DNA of 64,000 nt, from contig OZ025649.1 in assembly GCA_964019335.1 (NCBI GenBank), positions 806,001 to 870,000 of the forward strand. The letters are read 5' to 3'. The stretch is from Diplonema japonicum (Eukaryota > Protista > Euglenozoa: Diplonemea). Below are positions 60,272 to 64,000 of this stretch, in pieces. Each line of letters opens with the position of its first letter. Positions within the stretch are counted from its first letter, which is position 1. The notes below the pieces were generated by a model that saw only the letters and a program-made list of their open reading frames with translations, ran no database searches and was not told the origin of the DNA. Both the position numbers and the translations under genes were made by a program.

Positions 60272-62626
60272 ATGGGCGTTGCAGCATTGCTGCAGAGGCT
60301 TACGGCCTATGCTGTGAATGAGGGAGACGATGACCTGACGCGGCTGCGCAAGACAATCATGATGGTGTTGTACATTGCGGCCTTCTTGATGGATATAGCA
60401 GTGTTCTTTGTGGCCTCGAATGACATTGGAAAGTACACCAGCGTTGTAATGATGGTGGTAGCTGCAGTGTTCTTTCTGCACCTTGTTGTCACGCGGCACA
60501 TCACGCCCCTCATCATCGTGGCCTACATCAGCATATGCTCCCTGTGCATCACATTCTTCGATCTCGGAACAGCTTCCGAGAGCACCGACCGTGCATGGCC
60601 TATACAGGTCGTCCTCATTGACATCCTGCTCGTGAGCCGTGTTGGCAGTCGATACAGTAGGTACCTTGTCATCTACGTCATGGTCTGCCTTGCCTTCTTC
60701 ACCTCGGAGAGCATGTTCCGTTTCGGTCTCTATGACATTCCCGGCACCAACAGCCAGAGTACACGTAGGGACTTCTACACGTGCTCCACCCTCCCTTGCG
60801 CAAACATCACCGATTCCATCCAGAATTACATCACTGGTATTGCTGTTTTCCTTCTCGACTTCTACTTCACAAGAGGGTTTGCTGACAGCCTGGTCGAAGA
60901 GAAGGCAAAGGTGGAGGCATCAGTGGATACTGCCGAGAAGATCGCCCGCAGCCTTGCGAACTTCGACCTTGATTCAGCTGAGGACGACCTCACCGGCTGC
61001 CACGATCTGCCCCCCAAGCTGCACGCCGCGTTTGACAACATCCTCCAGAACCTGAAGCTCTACAGGCCGTTCCTTCCAGATGCCTTGTTCGAAGGGAGCA
61101 GCCGAGGCAGCGATCGTGGTAGCATCCTTGGAAGCAGCGTGATACCGCCTGGGACCGGCGGTGAACCAGATGGGAGCAGGATAGCAGTTGTGTTCACAGA
61201 CATCCAGGCCTCGACAGCAATCTGGGAGGCTTGCCCCTGTGGGATGAAGAAGGCGTTGAAGCTTCACAACAAGACCATTCGTAGGCAGATCGACCTGCAC
61301 CAAGGGTACGAGGTGAAGACCATTGGTGACGCCTTCATGGTGACCTTCACCTCTCCTACGGATGCTGTGGACTTTGGGCTTGCTGTTCAGAAGGCTCTTG
61401 TTGCATGCTCGTGGCCAAATGATCTCTTCGATCTTCCGTTGTGTGAGCGGGACTCTGAGGGTCTGTGGGGTGGGCTCCGTGTGCGTGTTGGGGTCCACTA
61501 CGGGGAGGCAGAGGTGGAGCTGAATGCCATCACAGGACGCTTCGACTACTTCGGGAACACAGTGAATGTGGCCGCCAGGGTGGAGGCGGCTTCTGTCGGT
61601 GGTGGGGTTGCTGTCACTCCTGAGGTTCTGGCAGAACTCACAGATAGGTCCTCCTTCATCGAGATCCCTGTTGGCTCCGTTAGTCTGAAGGGTGTCTCGA
61701 ACAGCAAGAAGCTCTCAATCATCATCCCCGAGGAGCTTCGTGGCAGGAGGTCTTATGTTGAGGGGCAGCTCAGGACGAGGGGGACAACACCCAAGGCACT
61801 TTCAGAGGGGTCGCATTCCACCGCCTCTCGTGTGAACTCGACTGTCCCCTCAACTGAGCAGAGTTCGCGCTTGGAGCACATTGCGAACGCCACCGTTGGC
61901 TGTGTGGAGGTGAGGGTGGGGAACAGCGGTGGAACAGCCGATTACACCACTGTGAACGAGGGGGTGTGCCGAACTCTGCACTCACTGGACAGGTGTGGTG
62001 GAACAGTGGTGGCGGTGGTGGGGTCCTCCATCACTGTGGGGTGGAACACTGCGAAGAAGACATCGACACACTTTGAGAGCTCTCTGCGGTTCGCATCATT
62101 CGTTCTCGGGAGGAGGTGCGCCAACAGCGATGTGTGTCTGGGTCTGAGCAGCGGCCCTGTTGTGAGTGCAACGATCGGGACGCACGGGCAGCGGTTCGTG
62201 ACTGTGATGGGGGACTGCGTGAAGCTGAGCTGTGCGATGGCGGCGGCTGCTGCTGAGTACAGGACCTGTGCGCTGTTCTCGTCGTCGTCGATGACACACT
62301 TCTTCACGGGGCTCCGGTCTGACCTGAAGAACATCCTGCGCCCCCTTGCGAATTGGGAGGTTCGTGCGGCTGACAAGCCCCAGACACTTGTGGTGTACGA
62401 GATCTCGATACCTAGGCTGTACGACACAGACCTGACGAGCATGGTGAAGCAGGAGGGAGAGGCTGGGGTGAGCCCTACCGGAGGGGAGATGAGCTGGTGC
62501 TGGTCGGATGCCTACTGGGAGGCCTTCACGGCTGGTGACCAGGAGCTCATCGAGAGGCACGCTCCATCGGATCCTGTCCTGAGCACTGTACGAGGGAGTG
62601 CACCCAAGGTTGTGGTGCTGCGGTGA
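60272..62626 (+). CDS. Membrane class III adenylate cyclase, array copy 6
   Basis: Paralogue; C-terminal part nearly identical to copy 1. Confidence 0.92.
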   Translation: MGVAALLQRLTAYAVNEGDDDLTRLRKTIMMVLYIAAFLMDIAVFFVASNDIGKYTSVVMMVVAAVFFLHLVVTRHITPLIIVAYISICSLCITFFDLGTASESTDRAWPIQVVLIDILLVSRVGSRYSRYLVIYVMVCLAFFTSESMFRFGLYDIPGTNSQSTRRDFYTCSTLPCANITDSIQNYITGIAVFLLDFYFTRGFADSLVEEKAKVEASVDTAEKIARSLANFDLDSAEDDLTGCHDLPPKLHAAFDNILQNLKLYRPFLPDALFEGSSRGSDRGSILGSSVIPPGTGGEPDGSRIAVVFTDIQASTAIWEACPCGMKKALKLHNKTIRRQIDLHQGYEVKTIGDAFMVTFTSPTDAVDFGLAVQKALVACSWPNDLFDLPLCERDSEGLWGGLRVRVGVHYGEAEVELNAITGRFDYFGNTVNVAARVEAASVGGGVAVTPEVLAELTDRSSFIEIPVGSVSLKGVSNSKKLSIIIPEELRGRRSYVEGQLRTRGTTPKALSEGSHSTASRVNSTVPSTEQSSRLEHIANATVGCVEVRVGNSGGTADYTTVNEGVCRTLHSLDRCGGTVVAVVGSSITVGWNTAKKTSTHFESSLRFASFVLGRRCANSDVCLGLSSGPVVSATIGTHGQRFVTVMGDCVKLSCAMAAAAAEYRTCALFSSSSMTHFFTGLRSDLKNILRPLANWEVRAADKPQTLVVYEISIPRLYDTDLTSMVKQEGEAGVSPTGGEMSWCWSDAYWEAFTAGDQELIERHAPSDPVLSTVRGSAPKVVVLR

Positions 62627-63408
62627 TCGTATGTCGAAGTGATAGCGTGTGCGAGTCTATGTAAGCCTACTGTGAGAATGTGGAGCAGCGATGGATTGCA
62701 GGTACCTGCGCGTGTGGCCGCCAAGAAGGGGGTCCTTCTTACAGCCATATCACGTGGACGGGAATACTTGCTTAATCATTACTTACTTTCTTTTTTTTAT
62801 TTTCAAACAACTGATACAATCGTGCGAAATCGCGAGGGCAGTAAAGTCTTTGCATATAATACTCCCATCAATTGTCCCCCCTTCCCCTTGATCAAAGGAA
62901 GAAGCGCAATTGCTCTCTTTTGATCCTTTTGTTCCAAAGCCCAGTCGAGAATATGAACAGTGAGCACCACACACACACACCCTGCTCACTGGGATTTATC
63001 GAGCTTATAGTATGTATTGTTCTTTTTTTTATCAATAACTTTTTCTTCCCCCCCCCTATACAACCTGCAGTGGCACAAGAGGAGACCTTAAGGCGTAAGA
63101 GGAAGGAGAGGTCTTACCTGTTTACGACCCATTACCTCCTTTCGTCTTTTCATCTATTCCCCTCTTTCTCGTGCATTAGAGGTCATCTATGCTTTCTAGA
63201 GCTGAACCATGGCAGGTACCTCAGTTACCCTTCCTCACTTATACCGTGCAAAAGCACCTTTCCGCAGAAGTGCACCATTTTGTTTCCTTGTGTTTTATTT
63301 TCCACTCGTCAGTTCCAGTGACTACCTTTTCTCCTGGCCACATCGTGGAACGTTGGCGAATTGTTACTTGTATTTGTTTGTTTCCAGTTGGCATGCTACC
63401 CAGGTTAC

Positions 63409-64000
63409 ATGGACATTGCAGCATTGCTGCAGAGGCTTACGGCCTATGCTGTGGATGAAGGAGACGATGACCTGACGCGGCTGCGCAAGACGTCAATGCT
63501 TACTTTGTATGTTCTCGCGTTTGGAATGGATTTAGCGGTGTTCTTCGTAGCCTCGAACGACATTGGAAAGTACACCTGCGTGGTGATGATGGCGACTGCC
63601 GTTATTTTCTTTCTGCACCTTGTTGTCACGCGGGTCATCACACCGTTCATCATAGAGTTCTACCTTAGTATCTGCTGCTTGTGCATCACATCGTTTGACT
63701 TGGTCACAGCCGCCGAGAGCACCGACCGTGCATGGCCTATACAGGTCATCATTATTGACATCCTGCTTGTGAACCGCGTCGGGAAGAACTACAGCAAGTT
63801 CCTCGTCATCTACGTTATTGCCTACCTTGCCTTCTTCACCTCGGAGAGCATGTTCCGCTTTGGTCTCTATGACATCCCTGGCACCAACAGCCAGGCCGCC
63901 CGCCTCGATCATGTCACCTGCTCCGCCCTCCCTTGCCCTGCAGTGCAATCGTCTATCCAGAACTACCTTACAGGTGTCTCTGTTTTTATATTGGACTTCT
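63409..64000 (+). CDS. Membrane class III adenylate cyclase, array copy 7 (5' part, runs off window)
   Basis: MDIAALLQRLTAYAVDEGDDDLTRLRK..RAWPIQV..MFRFGLYDIPG is closely similar to the copy 6 N-terminus. Confidence 0.85.
   Translation, partial: MDIAALLQRLTAYAVDEGDDDLTRLRKTSMLTLYVLAFGMDLAVFFVASNDIGKYTCVVMMATAVIFFLHLVVTRVITPFIIEFYLSICCLCITSFDLVTAAESTDRAWPIQVIIIDILLVNRVGKNYSKFLVIYVIAYLAFFTSESMFRFGLYDIPGTNSQAARLDHVTCSALPCPAVQSSIQNYLTGVSVFILDF

Noticed and set aside
30802-62560. Recurrent antisense ORFs inside the cyclase genes
   Set aside because: They recur only because the sense DNA is near identical between paralogues; no independent motifs.

Overview
Eukaryotic nuclear DNA from a euglenozoan protist, most likely a diplonemid. 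The evidence is a near-complete diplonemid-type spliced-leader (SL) exon at 36481-36518, all supported protein genes on the + strand with polypyrimidine/AG trans-splice-like acceptors, and tiny 31-59 nt GT-AG cis-introns. The first 30 kb holds single-copy genes (CFAP299, SPCS3, a protein kinase, CFAP54, ARL3, a PPR protein and several unknown membrane/coiled-coil proteins) separated by homopolymer-rich spacers and one MITE. The last 34 kb is a tandem array of at least 7 intronless multi-TM class III adenylate cyclases, each with one intact and one degenerate cyclase domain. They have variable N-termini and homogenised cytosolic parts. The array spacers contain co-oriented 3' fragments of non-LTR retrotransposons ending in T-runs, a deleted piggyBac, and a dispersed ~300-bp repeat (R). 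One R copy has the SL exon fused exactly where other copies have an AG acceptor, so it looks like a retrotransposed trans-spliced RNA. All calls are by eye; no searches were run.
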